Shown: positions 1 to 12,390 of the stretch, piece after piece
Numbering within the stretch: the first letter of the stretch is position 1
How the letters are laid out: each line of letters starts with the position of its first letter
From: Octopus bimaculoides
Taxonomy: Eukaryota
Direction: 5' to 3'
NCBI RefSeq assembly: GCF_001194135.2
Contig: NC_068988.1
Location: forward strand, 36,782,169 to 36,846,168
DNA: 64,000 nt
Position numbers and translations under genes: made by a program
Notes under the pieces: model-generated
Seen by the model: only the letters and a program-made list of their open reading frames with translations
What the model was told of the DNA's origin: nothing
The model's database searches: none

Positions 1-1553
1 ACCTATTTGTATCTCCTTGGGTGATATAAAATCGCTGTCTTCGTAAGAAAACGTGTGATTTCGATGTTATCACCTCCAACTATGTATGTATGTATCTGTG
101 TATATATATATGTATATATATATATTAGACAGAAACATAACAAAACCAAGCCTGTGATGAGTTTACAGGACATTTATGAGGAAAGAGATATAGTCTTACA
201 GTTTTTGCTGTTTCTGGGATATTATGGATATTCCTTCATCAGAGATGATGTCAGAAAGTTAAATGGAAAAAGAGAAGATATGGAAAATAGAGGGAAATAA
301 GAGAATGAAAGTAGAAAGAAAATAAAGAATGTTGTAGTGCAGTTCCATTATTCGAATAAAGTGGTGTATACAAGTGGTAAAAAGTTTCCTGTACATGGTA
401 TGTAAGTTCCGATAGTAGTTCGTGTATAGTCATTTCAAAATATAGAGCCATGGAATCTGTGTTGACCATTCGAAAAGATTTTGTGGTGTGAAAGTATTAG
501 TACTATTTGTGGATAGATGGGAGGGGGAGATGTGTATGATTAGAACGAGGAGGTAGGACAAAAGAGGAGAGGAAGGGAAAATGAGAGAAAAAATGAAAAA
601 GGATAAAAAGGTACTGACAATAAAAAGAGAGAGAAAAGAGAGAAAAGAAGGTAGAGAGAGAAGAAAAAAGTGAAAAGATCAAAATAAGAATTAATTAGAA
701 AAATGAAGAAAGGGCGACAGTGGCGAGAAAAGGAGTGTTGGTGGTCAAGATAATGTGAAGAGAGGCTGGGAGAGGAGTGGATGAGGGGTAGATAGGAAGA
801 TATGAGAAGATAAGGAGTGAATAAGCATGGAATATATGGGTAGGGGTGATATGGTAGGCTGTATTAAGGGATGGTTAGAGAGGAGGTATGCGCTGAGTGA
901 TACCAAAGTAATTAGTAGTTTTAGTAGTAGAATTAAGTGGAGGGAAGAATACAAAGATGTCAAAATTTCTATAACAAGACTATTTGATAAGTAAGTGTGA
1001 TAGTTAGGAATCAGAGAGGAGGAAAGAAGGTATAATGACATACGTACTTTCGCAACCACGCACATATACATGTGCGCATATGTATACACACACACATACT
1101 TATATGTACGTATATATACATAGGCCCACATGCATTTATACGTACACGTGCATGCTCACGTGCATCCATAAATGATTCATACACACCTATGCGTCCGCAT
1201 ACATATACATGCCTACGCACATAATTCTCAATAAAATAATGTGGAGATAAGTGTGAAAATGTAGAGCAGAATGATGTAAACCGAATGTCCAATTTGACGA
1301 ATAAAAATAGATGTCCATTCGGAACGATAACATACAATATGATCTACAACCCAACAAGTACTATAATAAACCTATTGATACTTTCACAACTGAAATTACA
1401 ACTATGAAACTCCTGGTAAGTGGAAAATAAGTTAACTAATGATTACAGTAAATGTCAGTATTATTTCAGGAGAAAATCTATGTTGACTGAAGTATGTACT
1501 CTAAATATGTACATTGGATTCGATATATATATATATATATATANNNNNNNNNN

Positions 1554-1591
<38 letters not shown>

Positions 1592-2060
1592 CTTTATAAA
1601 TGTGTGTGGGGATACATGCAAGAGCATATGTGCATGTACATATTATGTGTGTATATCCATTTGTACTCTAACGTATATATGCATGTATGCCTGTTTATGT
1701 GTGAGTATATTTTTGTGTATACGTCTTTTTCAATGTATGTCATACTAACTGTACATTGAAATTCTATATGAACAGGAGTGGCAGTCTTGGTTGTCATATT
1801 TCTTTCAGTTCCATAACTGTTAACATCAATTTCTACATTTCTTAAACATTCAGTTATATAGAGAAAATTTAATAAAGTATATGGCTTCAGTTTTCTCTCT
1901 GAATATGAAGCTACGAAAGAAAGTCAGATATTCGATTTTATGTACTTACACAGATAAAATGTATTTCGTTTTGTTTTCATTTATGCTTTTCTATAATATG
2001 GATCTACTTATGTTTGGCGTGTTATGGTATGTAATCTATTGAAATTACATTAAAATTCAG

Positions 2061-2149
2061 GTGATTCAACATCAGTACGATTACTCAGTGAGGTTGAGTA
2101 CGCTCATCATCCTTCGAGCTCAAAGCAAGGCTTAGTCGTTGTTGACTAA
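2061..2149 (+). CDS. Candidate terminal coding exon of an unidentified upstream gene: (G)DSTSVRLLSEVEYAHHPSSSKQGLVVVD*
   Basis: AAATTCAG|GT acceptor-like site, 89-nt stop-free frame ending TAA, non-repetitive composition. No family recognised. Confidence 0.25.
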
Positions 2150-2569
2150 ATGCAATAGTATTTGATTTAAATGTGTTCCTACAAAAGAAAGTGCTAAACT
2201 ACACTTATACTTTGCACCCATGTGAGCTACAAGTACAACTGTGCATTTTATAGAATAACAAATATTAGTCCATAAATCTTTCCGTTAATTCAGGTAGTGT
2301 CTTTATATGAATTATACACACTAATATGTGAAGTGCAAAATACCTTTCGATTGGAATCATTGGCCATCGAAAAAGTGTCAATGAATGATTGTGTTTTTTG
2401 GCGGCGAGGATGTGTTTTGTTTCCATGAAAACAATATCATCACCTACAAGCTAAGGTTTGTTTTTATAAAAGAAATCATTCATAGATTTTCCCGTTTCTC
2501 TTACTGAAACGTGTGCCGGTGCACGCATTAAAATTTACCGATAATTTTTTGCTTCTTCATTAATGCGGG

Positions 2570-4815
2570 CCTGCAGACCTGTCCGCCATTACGGCAGACA
2601 TGACCTGTTCATAACTTTCACATACAATACCAAGTAGAAGGACATTTAGGCCGAACTCTTCTTCGGTCAAAAGCATAAAGGAAGGCATGACCCCTCACCC
2701 GAGTTTTCCATCTGAAGTTAATCACTCTCATGGAGCTCATAAAAAAGGGCAAGTCTTCGGCCCCATACAATGTCACATGTACACGATCGAATGGCAATAA
2801 AGGAGCCTTCCACATGCTCATATCCTGCTTTGGCTCTCAACGAAGATCAAATCCACTGACATCAACGAAATAATCTCAGCAGAGCTTCTTGGTCCAGCTT
2901 TAGACAAAGTACTATACGAAATAGTTAAGGCAAATATGGTGCATGGTCCATGTGAGCGTGGAACCAACATAAACTTACCATTTTTGAAAGACAGCGTATG
3001 TTCAAAAAGGTTTCCAAGGAGGTTCCTACAAGAAACTCAGACAGGCGCTGATGGATATCCATCATACAGACAGAGAAAACCAGAAGACGGTGGTTTCACT
3101 GCAACTATCGGACAGCATCAGGTTGCTAATAGATGGATTGTTCCCTACTGCCCAGTCCTGTCAAAGACGTTCAATGCCCACCTCAACGTCGAGTTTTGCA
3201 ACTCCGTTAAGTCCATAAAGTATGTTTGTAAGTATTCGAACAAGGGTTCTGACGCTGCAATGTTTGCACTTCAACAAGAATACTGCCAGGAAATACCTCC
3301 AGGAATGAGGTGACGCACTATAAGGTGGGACGGTACATAAGTAACAACGAGGCTTTCTGGCGCGTCTTTGGCTTTCAACTTCACCAACGACACTCCACCA
3401 TTCAACTGCTTGCAGTGCACCAGGAAAACTGACAAAGGGTGTATTTCACCGATACTAATGCTTCTCTGTTGGCAGAGGAACCAAGGGATAGCTCGCTCAC
3501 TGCATTCTTCAAGCTTTGTTAAGCTGATCGATTCGCTCAAACCTTGCTGTATCCGTCGATTCCATCGTACTACACTTGGATTGGGAATACATGGGCCCCA
3601 AGGAAAGCAGGTCAAAATGTTCATGGATACCCTGGCATTAAGTTCGACACTTGCCTTGGTTGAGTATATGCAGTGCATCCCACTCAACAAGAGGGTTTCT
3701 ACCTCCGTCTACAACTGCATGAGTTCTGAGGGCCAACGTATTTCCAGGACCTAAAAACAGTTCATGGACATGACTGCACAACATACAGAGAAGCCTACTA
3801 TCGACAAGTTCTGTTAGAAGATGATGCACAATGGGATGCAGCCTTGGGAGAGACTGCTTTATCAGAATCAGCTAAAACATTCAGGCACTATTCGCAGTAT
3901 TACTGCAGACATGCGAACCGTGTGATCCTGCCACTCTATGGCTCAAATACAGAGACAACCTGGCTGAAGATTTTAAGCGGCAAGCTCAACTGATATGGAC
4001 GGTATCAGCAATGAAGTCTACAACAAAACTCTCATTAACATTGAAGACAGAACTGCTACACTGGGTGGAAATGAATTATTCACATATGGCCTGCCACAAA
4101 CATTCACGTCAGGTTCAAATAACCTTCCACTGCTTATATTCGTGAAATATCCTATGACACTCAAACGCTTTCAAAGTACATTGTTGAAAATGTGCCTAAA
4201 TTACTTCTGGACCAGCTACAGGCTTACAAAACTATTCTTAACAGTGTACGCCAATGCGAGGGACGAAGCTTCTTCCTGGATGTCCTAGAGGGATAGGAAA
4301 AACATTTATTACGAAGCTTCTCTTTGCGGAAGTTAAGCACCACCAGAACATTGCAGTACCTGTGACTTTTTCTGGGATTGCAGCTACTTTGTTACCCGGT
4401 GGCAGGACAGCACACTCGACTTTTAAACTCCCTCTCAATTTAGCAGCATCCGAGATACCTTCATGCAACATCAGCAAAAGCTCACATCTAGGGGCAGGTA
4501 CTTAAAAGGTGTCATCTAATCGTCTGGGATGAATGCACCACGGCTCACAAGGGAGCATTGGAAGCATTAGATAAAGCCCTGAAAGACATCCGAAATGTCA
4601 GACTCTAATGGGAAGTGTAACACTTCTGTTGTCACGTGATTTCAGGCAAACTCTTCCTGTCGTTCCGAAAGGCACTAGAGCAGATGAGGTCTAAGCATGC
4701 CTAAAATCCTCAACCCTCTGGCATCATTTTACGAACCTCAGTCTTACCACTAACATGAGAGCTCAGCTACACGGCGACCAAATGTCCGCAAAGTTTGCAC
4801 AGGCTATTAACTAAA
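2570..4815 (+). mobile_element. Helitron Rep-helicase pseudogene (HUH Rep + PIF1-like helicase), many stops/frameshifts
   Basis: Manual translation gives YGRHDLFITFTYN, YTIEWQ*RSLPHAHILLW, NRWIVPYCPVLSKTFNAHLNVEFCNSVKSIKYVCKYSNKGSD, GIGKTF...SGIAATLLPGGRTAHSTFKLP, LIVWDEC and DFRQTLPVV, all canonical Helitron motifs in order. Confidence 0.95.
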
Positions 4816-5336
4816 ACACAAAACTAAAACTATAACTAAAACACAAAAAATCTCTCAAATGTCATCATTTCTAAACATAAACTTGGCAACATTTCTAAAA
4901 ATAGCCAAACACCTACTGCTGCTTTCCAAAGGAATAGGTATAAAAGACAAAAGAACAGCCAAGACATGAAAGTATATACTAGCCTTTATATATTTAATTC
5001 TCTATATTTAATACTCAATATTTCATATATTCAATAAGACATTCAATACTTTATTTCATTTTACTATTTATATTATATTATATATTCCATATTCTATATC
5101 CCACATTAATCAGCAGCTTCACAAAAGCGACCGATAGAATGAGTACTTGGAGTCAATTTGTTCGACTAAAGGCAATGCTCCAGTAAACACCACAGTCAAA
5201 TGATTTAAATAAGTAACAGATAAGAATAAACAAATATGCCATATCACTGCTGAGCATCGCCGGGTATCTCTGCCAGTATATATATATATATATATATAAA
5301 TTGTAAATCCCCAAAATAACAACAAAACTACAAAGG

Positions 5337-5425
5337 ATTCCGCGGTACATGTGTTTCAAGCTTTACATGTGTATAATATAATATGTGTATAAGTTACAAT
5401 ATAAAGCTATCCTCAGCCGCAAAAT
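5337..5425 (-). ncRNA. Minimal type I hammerhead ribozyme motif (left-arm copy)
   Basis: Minus strand: AUUUUGCGG-CUGAGGA-U-[AGCUUUAUAU...AUGUAAAGCU]-U-GAAAC-ACAU-GUA^CCGCGGAAU; stems I, II and short III pair. Confidence 0.7.
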
Positions 5426-6052
5426 TATTTCTCTCCCAGGAAATTATACCACCTCGGCGTTGAAGTAGGAAGAAAGTTGTGATGTAAGAGGTGAAGATCC
5501 TTTCAGTATTCTGTATAGTATTATACCTCGTATAATTCTCCACCCAGACATAATCTCTCCGGTCCTCCGAAAACCTTCCATACCTTGCCACGATTCAGTG
5601 TGTAGTGTTAAGTTGGTGGTTAAGAACAATACGATACAATAAAAAGACATACACAGATATTCATGTAAAAAAGTAAGAATAAACTTAAAATAAAAATAAA
5701 ACTTAAAATAAAATAAAATACAAAATAAAAAAATAAAAAATAAAGGGAGTCATATCGGTGGGGCGGGTAATCTAGGAAGTAATAAGAGAAAGTCTGGATA
5801 GTCAAGTAAGCTACATCTAAGCTATTTAGATGGGTTGGTGAAGGGTGGTGAGGAACAATCTAAATGTAGAAGAAGAAGATAAAGTGATAAATAGGTATGG
5901 AAGGTTTTCGGAGGACCGGAGAGATTATGTCTGGATGGAGAATTATACGAGGTATAGTACTATACAGAATACTGAAAGGATCCTCACCTCTTACATCACA
6001 ACTTTCTTCCTACTTCAACGCCGAGGTGATATAATTTCCTGGGAGAGAAATA

Positions 6053-6141
6053 ATTTTGCGGCTGAGGATAGCTTTATATTGTAAATTATACACATATTAT
6101 ATTATACACATGTAAAGCTTGAAACACGTGTACCGCGGAAT
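6053..6141 (+). ncRNA. Minimal type I hammerhead ribozyme motif (right-arm copy)
   Basis: AUUUUGCGG-CUGAGGA(6062-6068)-U-stem II-U-GAAAC(6121-6125)-ACGU-GUA^(6132)-CCGCGGAAU. Stem I 9 bp (2 GU), stem II ~10 bp, stem III region ACACGUGU is a perfect palindrome. Stem II closes with a non-canonical U.U. Confidence 0.75.
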
Positions 6142-6244
6142 CCTTTGTAGTTTTGTTGTTATTTTTGGGATTTACAATTTATTCTTTCACCGCAACCACT
6201 AGCTGGAATACACAGGTGCTTACAATTGTCAAGTATTACCTCTA

Positions 6245-6908
6245 NNNNNNNNNNNNNNNNNNNNNNNNNNNNNNNNNNNNNNNNNNNNNNNNNNNNNNNN
6301 NNNNNNNNNNNNNNNNNNNNNNNNNNNNNNNNNNNNNNNNNNNNNNNNNNNNNNNNNNNNNNNNNNNNNNNNNNNNNNNNNNNNNNNNNNNNNNNNNNNN
6401 NNNNNNNNNNNNNNNNNNNNNNNNNNNNNNNNNNNNNNNNNNNNNNNNNNNNNNNNNNNNNNNNNNNNNNNNNNNNNNNNNNNNNNNNNNNNNNNNNNNN
6501 NNNNNNNNNNNNNNNNNNNNNNNNNNNNNNNNNNNNNNNNNNNNNNNNNNNNNNNNNNNNNNNNNNNNNNNNNNNNNNNNNNNNNNNNNNNNNNNNNNNN
6601 NNNNNNNNNNNNNNNNNNNNNNNNNNNNNNNNNNNNNNNNNNNNNNNNNNNNNNNNNNNNNNNNNNNNNNNNNNNNNNNNNNNNNNNNNNNNNNNNNNNN
6701 NNNNNNNNNNNNNNNNNNNNNNNNNNNNNNNNNNNNNNNNNNNNNNNNNNNNNNNNNNNNNNNNNNNNNNNNNNNNNNNNNNNNNNNNNNNNNNNNNNNN
6801 NNNNNNNNNNNNNNNNNNNNNNNNNNNNNNNNNNNNNNNNNNNNNNNNNNNNNNNNNNNNNNNNNNNNNNNNNNNNNNNNNNNNNNNNNNNNNNNNNNNN
6901 NNNNNNNN
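6245..6908. other. Assembly gap (others: 8248-8716, 12434-12975, 19282-19574, 21251-21523, 22279-22522, 40370-40962, 49992-50079, plus several ~10-N gaps)
   Basis: N runs; ORF-track entries spanning them are artefacts. Confidence 1.
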
Positions 6909-7971
6909 ATAACATATCAACGTTGCTCTTATTAAATTACAATTCCAGAGATATGATAAGTATGGGAGTCATATTAACTGTCTTTGTTCAGCACAATGGT
7001 AATTGATTGTGGAATTGGCATGAGCTACACATTAAATTAAACCCTCTGTTGGCAATTTCTCTGCCGTAATAACATTTGGAAACAATTTAAGCAGAGATAC
7101 TAGAATAGTTTGATTGAATAGCGAATAATTCATAAGTATAATCAGTTTATGTTCAGTTAGAGCAACGATTGCTATTTCACTTGCTACAGTAGTAACGTTA
7201 AATATGGTACATTAGCGATCATGATTTACATTCTACACAGAAGCACGAATACACTCACACATTATATATACACACAAACATACGTGTGTGTGTAGAAGTG
7301 TGTGTAAGTACGAGTATATATATGTATGTGTGTGTGTGTATCTAGATGTATAGATATATACACAGAGAGACTCACATATATATATGCACATATACTGCGC
7401 GTCTATAATACATAGACTCACCTATAATAGACAGGCAAAAATTAGGCATTAAAATTAGAAGGATGAACATGCCAATGGACAAGATATAGGATCCCTAAGC
7501 TAGATGCCTGGCTCTGTGAACTGTGGCCATTTAAATTATGACATGTGGTTGTTTAATATCGTTAATTAATGTGATCTCTCTTGTGAAGGCTTGTAAGTTC
7601 TCTCTCACACTTTCTCCTATATATAGGGGCTCGGTAGTTGTATATGTATATGCATGTATGTATGTGCGCATGTATGCATGTATGCATCTATTTTCATATG
7701 TAGGACCAGACACACAAACGAAAAATATAGTAAATCCTATGAAGCACAACTTATCGAGAGACGTGAGATATTTAGTCTCACTGGGTAGAAATTATGCATA
7801 CGAGATGTGATATTAAACAAATTAAGCTCCAAAAGTTTGAAAGTAGCGGATGAGGGTCAATAAATGAGTGGACAATATGAGTTATAACTGGGATGGATAG
7901 CACAACACAGTACCTGTATCGGAACTGATACAGACATAAAACAATCATTTCAAAAACATGCATACATACTT

Positions 7972-8021
<50 letters not shown>

Positions 8022-8873
8022 GGACACACACATCTATATATAATACGTAATAATGTCTTAATATCACCTTTCGATACTGCTACTTGATATATCCAGCATC
8101 ATCTGATTTATATTTACATTCACAGAAATAATTATATTTGATAATTTTCAATAATTTATTATTTTCAATACATCTATAATTTTATTTTACGTCATATTAT
8201 TTGCCTTCTATTTATATTTAATTCTCTTTTATCTGTGATTTATGAGTNNNNNNNNNNNNNNNNNNNNNNNNNNNNNNNNNNNNNNNNNNNNNNNNNNNNN
8301 NNNNNNNNNNNNNNNNNNNNNNNNNNNNNNNNNNNNNNNNNNNNNNNNNNNNNNNNNNNNNNNNNNNNNNNNNNNNNNNNNNNNNNNNNNNNNNNNNNNN
8401 NNNNNNNNNNNNNNNNNNNNNNNNNNNNNNNNNNNNNNNNNNNNNNNNNNNNNNNNNNNNNNNNNNNNNNNNNNNNNNNNNNNNNNNNNNNNNNNNNNNN
8501 NNNNNNNNNNNNNNNNNNNNNNNNNNNNNNNNNNNNNNNNNNNNNNNNNNNNNNNNNNNNNNNNNNNNNNNNNNNNNNNNNNNNNNNNNNNNNNNNNNNN
8601 NNNNNNNNNNNNNNNNNNNNNNNNNNNNNNNNNNNNNNNNNNNNNNNNNNNNNNNNNNNNNNNNNNNNNNNNNNNNNNNNNNNNNNNNNNNNNNNNNNNN
8701 NNNNNNNNNNNNNNNNATATATATATATATATGCATACATATAGTTAGATTGATAGATAGACTAGTTAGACAGACAGACATGTAGACAGACAGACAGACA
8801 GACAGGCAGGCAGACAGAGAGACAGATGTATAGATAGATAGATAGGAGGACAGACTGATAGATAAATAAATAC

Positions 8874-8912
<39 letters not shown>

Positions 8913-9644
8913 CTGACATACATATGTATATGCAGACATAATTATATATATATATATATATATATATACAAACATACGCATATACCCACACATACATACA
9001 TACATATATAATACATGCTTACATATATAAAGTTGAGCGTGCACAGCTAGAGCGATATACATATATACATGAAAAATATATAAATGTAATTATAAATCGT
9101 AGACGCAATGAAAGAGTAGCAAATAAAATGTATATACTTATTGAAATTAAAAATTGAAGATAGTGGAACAAAATTATTTTCGTAAATTAAAACGTAAATA
9201 TATTTTGTTTGTCTGTGCATTAGTGTTTGCATTGCTATATTTTCGACTATTAATTTTTAATATTAAATTAGCAAGATTTGGTAGGAACTACATCTAAAAT
9301 TTACTGCACTTTTATGAGAAACTTTGTGATAAATACCTTATTTGTGTGTGTATGTGTGTGTGTGTATGTACACACATGTATACACCTTTATTTCTTCATG
9401 TATTTACAAATATTTGTATTATATTATCTTTATGAAATATCATTATATTATGTAATGCCGGTATTTGTATCATTTGATATGTTTATTGCTATGCTTAGTT
9501 AACGGGCTTTTTATACAATTTAGAATGCAATATTTGTTGTTATATTTAATTATATTATGTTATAAAATTTTAGTATATTCATATTTTATCTCGTATATAT
9601 TATTATATTTGCATATATCCAGTATTTTATTAAATATTTTTCCA

Positions 9645-10010
9645 CAGGCGTAGTGTGTGATAACAAGTCTACTTGAGAAGTACGTGGTTTCGCGTTCAGT
9701 GGCAACTTGGTCAAGAGTCTTCTACTGCAGCGCAGCCTGCCCAAAGTCATATGTTTAGATTTGGTAAACGAAAACTGAAAGAAACGTTGTGTGTGTTTGT
9801 GGGTGCATGCGTGTGAATGCGCGTGCGTGTGTACCTTTATGTTTGTCCCCCATCACCGCATGACAAATGGTTTCAGTTTCCTTTTGTTCCAGTGGCCTAA
9901 CGGTTCAGCAATATAAACGATATTACAAGTATCAAGATTACAAATACGTAATCTGGGTCACTTCCTTCGACTAAAGTAAAAAAACAATCAGGGTGGTGCT
10001 CCAGCAGTCC
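9645..10010 (+). mobile_element. Degenerate SINE-like repeat fragments
   Basis: Shares GGATTTGGTA..GAAA..GAA-type segment with 37085-37245 and CGACTAAAG..GCTCCAG segment with 5115-5200. Confidence 0.45.
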
Positions 10011-10239
10011 AATGACAAAAAAAGTGAACGATAACCTTTGTGCATGATGTATGATAATCATTTGGAAAGTATATGTTTTGTATATAGCATTATACTGTGC
10101 TATGTATTCTGTAACATTTTGTCCTATTCATGGTCACAACAAAGTTTCTATATCATTTATAAACTGTTTCATATATATAGCATTATTTGTATATATCTTA
10201 AACACCTATCTTTCTATGTTTTCTTGTTATGACATACAA

Positions 10240-10512
10240 ATTGCACACTGTGACTTGATATGCGTCCATAACATTGAGATATGCGTGGGTTTTGTTCAAA
10301 AGCTGATCGTCAAGGGTTGATTTGACGTCCTCTTCCTTCTCGATTTTCAAGGATCTCGTCCCCACTACAGAATCCCTCAAACGGCCTTCGTACCGTCCTA
10401 TTACTAGTTGACCCTTCACCGCATGCTCTGTTGATAATAATGATTGTTTAGGAAGCTTTATATCCAAGCTTGAATTCATGCAAAGAAGTAAACGCATTTC
10501 TTCTCTTTTCCT
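10240..10512 (-). pseudogene. Mariner transposase N-terminal (HTH) remnant
   Basis: Minus frame EKRRNAFTSLHEFKLGYKAS*TIIIINRACGEGSTSNRTVRRPFEGFCSGDEILENREGRGR...EQNPR matches mariner YEFKLGH.A...NINRA.GEG..SERTVRRWF..F.SGD..LED..G.GRP. Confidence 0.75.
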
Positions 10513-11173
10513 GTTTGAAATTAAGGATTCCTATGATTCAAAATTCTATTTGAATGAAATCAATAAAAATATATTAAAGAGTACACATAAATTATTAAGC
10601 ATGCAAAATTTCTTCTAAAACACTACAAAAATAGAATCTTAAATCAAATTAGAAAAAATATATCGAAAAATAGGACAACATTTTCCGAACAATCAAATAT
10701 TAGAATTGCTGCATATGCTATCTATACTGTCTATAATATATCTTATAATATATTCTGCTTGTCATTGCGTTACTTAGCCGGTCGGTAAAGTATCCACATG
10801 ATTAGAGAGGAAGAGGGAGAAAGAAAAGGGAGAAGCATAAAAAGATAGCGAGAGAAACAGACGGAGAGAGAAAAAAGATGAAGATTGAAGCGTCCATGAC
10901 GTGGTGTAGGAGGACGTAATTGTATTGCCTACGCGTCATTAGTTGCAGAGAAAGAGAGTACAAGCGGGAGAAAGGGAAAGGAAATACAAAGAAGGATAAG
11001 GTGAACGGTGAGACAGAAAGAGAGAGAAAGTAAAACAAGGAGAGAGAAGAGTCCATGACGTGAGGTATGGGGAAAGCAATATTACAGTTCTATATTTAAG
11101 TGATAAGAAATTATATACATTATTTACATTATTTACACTTGACGGATATTTGTCCTCATCTTGTTTGTTTTTT

Positions 11174-11211
11174 ACACAACGTTTCGGCTGATGCGAGCCT
11201 TCATCAGGTGT
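11174..11211 (-). ncRNA. Minimal hammerhead motif with zero-loop palindromic stem III
   Basis: Minus: ACAC-CUGAUGA-A-GGCU(CGCAUC)AGCC-GAAAC-GUU^GUGU; stem I only 4 bp, AACGUU palindrome. Confidence 0.55.
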
Positions 11212-11260
11212 CTTGGGGGAATTTCGAACCTGGGTTCTCATTCCTAACGTATTTTTCGAT

Positions 11261-11386
11261 CTTCTTCTTCTTCTTCTTCTTCTTCTTCTTCTTCTTCTTC
11301 TTCTTCTTCTTCTTCTTCTTCTTCTTCTTCTTCTTCTTCTAATTATTATTATTATTATTATTAATATTATTATTATTATTATTATT
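11261..11386. repeat. (TTC)n followed by (ATT)n microsatellite
   Basis: Direct reading. Confidence 0.95.
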
Positions 11387-11463
11387 TAGGTCACTACATT
11401 GAATTGTACTCGGAATTTTGGGGTTAGTAGTCCCAAGATTCCGAGTTCAATTCCAGGCAGTGA

Positions 11464-11525
<62 letters not shown>

Positions 11526-12011
11526 GTAATAATAATACTAGTAACATCGTAAAATCCCTTAGGAATGAGAACCCAGATTCGAAATTTACCCAAGACACCT
11601 GATTCCGTGGAATATTCACGCTTATTTACGTGACAAATATGTGAATTTAACTAAAGCTTGTATCATATGTATGGTGATATTTTTTTATTGTTTATTGAGA
11701 AAATAGAAAAATAAGAGTGAACATTTATTTTATAAGTGCTGTATATTAAGTCTTTAAATTTGTGCAAAAGGTGTATATATAAAGTGCATTAATTAATCAT
11801 CCTATTCCAGTTTCTTTCACTTATTTCTCCATACACACGCATACATTCCTACACAAAATCACATATGTCCGTACATTATTGTATATTTACTGTTACAACA
11901 TTTATACACGTATTTTAAATACGGAAATGGTCTCTAAACTATTTGCATAGACAAATATATATATATATATATATATACACACATTTACATATATAGGTAT
12001 GTATACGATAC

Positions 12012-12058
<47 letters not shown>

Positions 12059-12249
12059 AATTTATGTAAGTATGCGTAAAATGGACTCTCCCGTCGTAAA
12101 ACGACGTATGAGTGTTCGACAATTTCTTACCGAACAACCATACTGATGATTTGTTTATAATGGTCAAATGTTTGTGTAGTCATAAGCTCACTCTCTCCAT
12201 CAAATCAACATTTTCAGTACAGGTGCAATTGGGTGCCGCATGTCAGATG

Positions 12250-12390
12250 TCAAAATGATCGCAGCGCAACGTGAAGTGGAGTACTTTCCTCAAGAAAAAA
12301 AAAACGCAACTACAGGTCTGGAAATCGAACCCTTTGATCTCGCAATCGTGAGTATAACACCCTAACCACTAATCCATGCGCCCTCACATG
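12250..12390 (-). mobile_element. tRNA-derived SINE fragment
   Basis: Minus: TGGATTAGTGG (A-box-like) ... GGGTTCGATTTCC (B-box-like); similar to 34564-34780. Confidence 0.6.

Larger units (their letters stand above)
5297..6181. repeat. Long inverted repeat: arms 5297-5585 and 5893-6181 (289 bp, 7 differences), 307-bp spacer; probable PLE-type inverted pseudo-LTR
   Basis: Direct reverse-complement comparison of the arms; each arm carries a hammerhead motif near its outer end. Confidence 0.95.
11085..11603. mobile_element. Fold-back duplicated short element: tRNA-like B-box head + (AAT)n + hammerhead-bearing tail
   Basis: Hairpin 11388-11466 (35-bp imperfect stem, 9-nt loop); flanking (ATT)n/(AAT)n; outer arms 11204-11260 vs 11546-11603 are reverse complements; GTTCAATTC B-box-like at 11445-11453. 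Confidence 0.7.

Noticed and set aside
150-1010. Purine-rich tract possibly a very old minus-strand PLE
   Set aside because: Only a short similarity (CACAT.ATCTTGACC) to the 26.06-kb PLE; too decayed to call.
9675-9705. CTGAACGCGAAAC...GTA on the minus strand
   Set aside because: No stem II; part of a SINE head.
10198-10510. 99-aa minus ORF with apparent splice sites (candidate host exon)
   Set aside because: Another frame of the same strand matches the mariner transposase N-terminus; the ORF is incidental.
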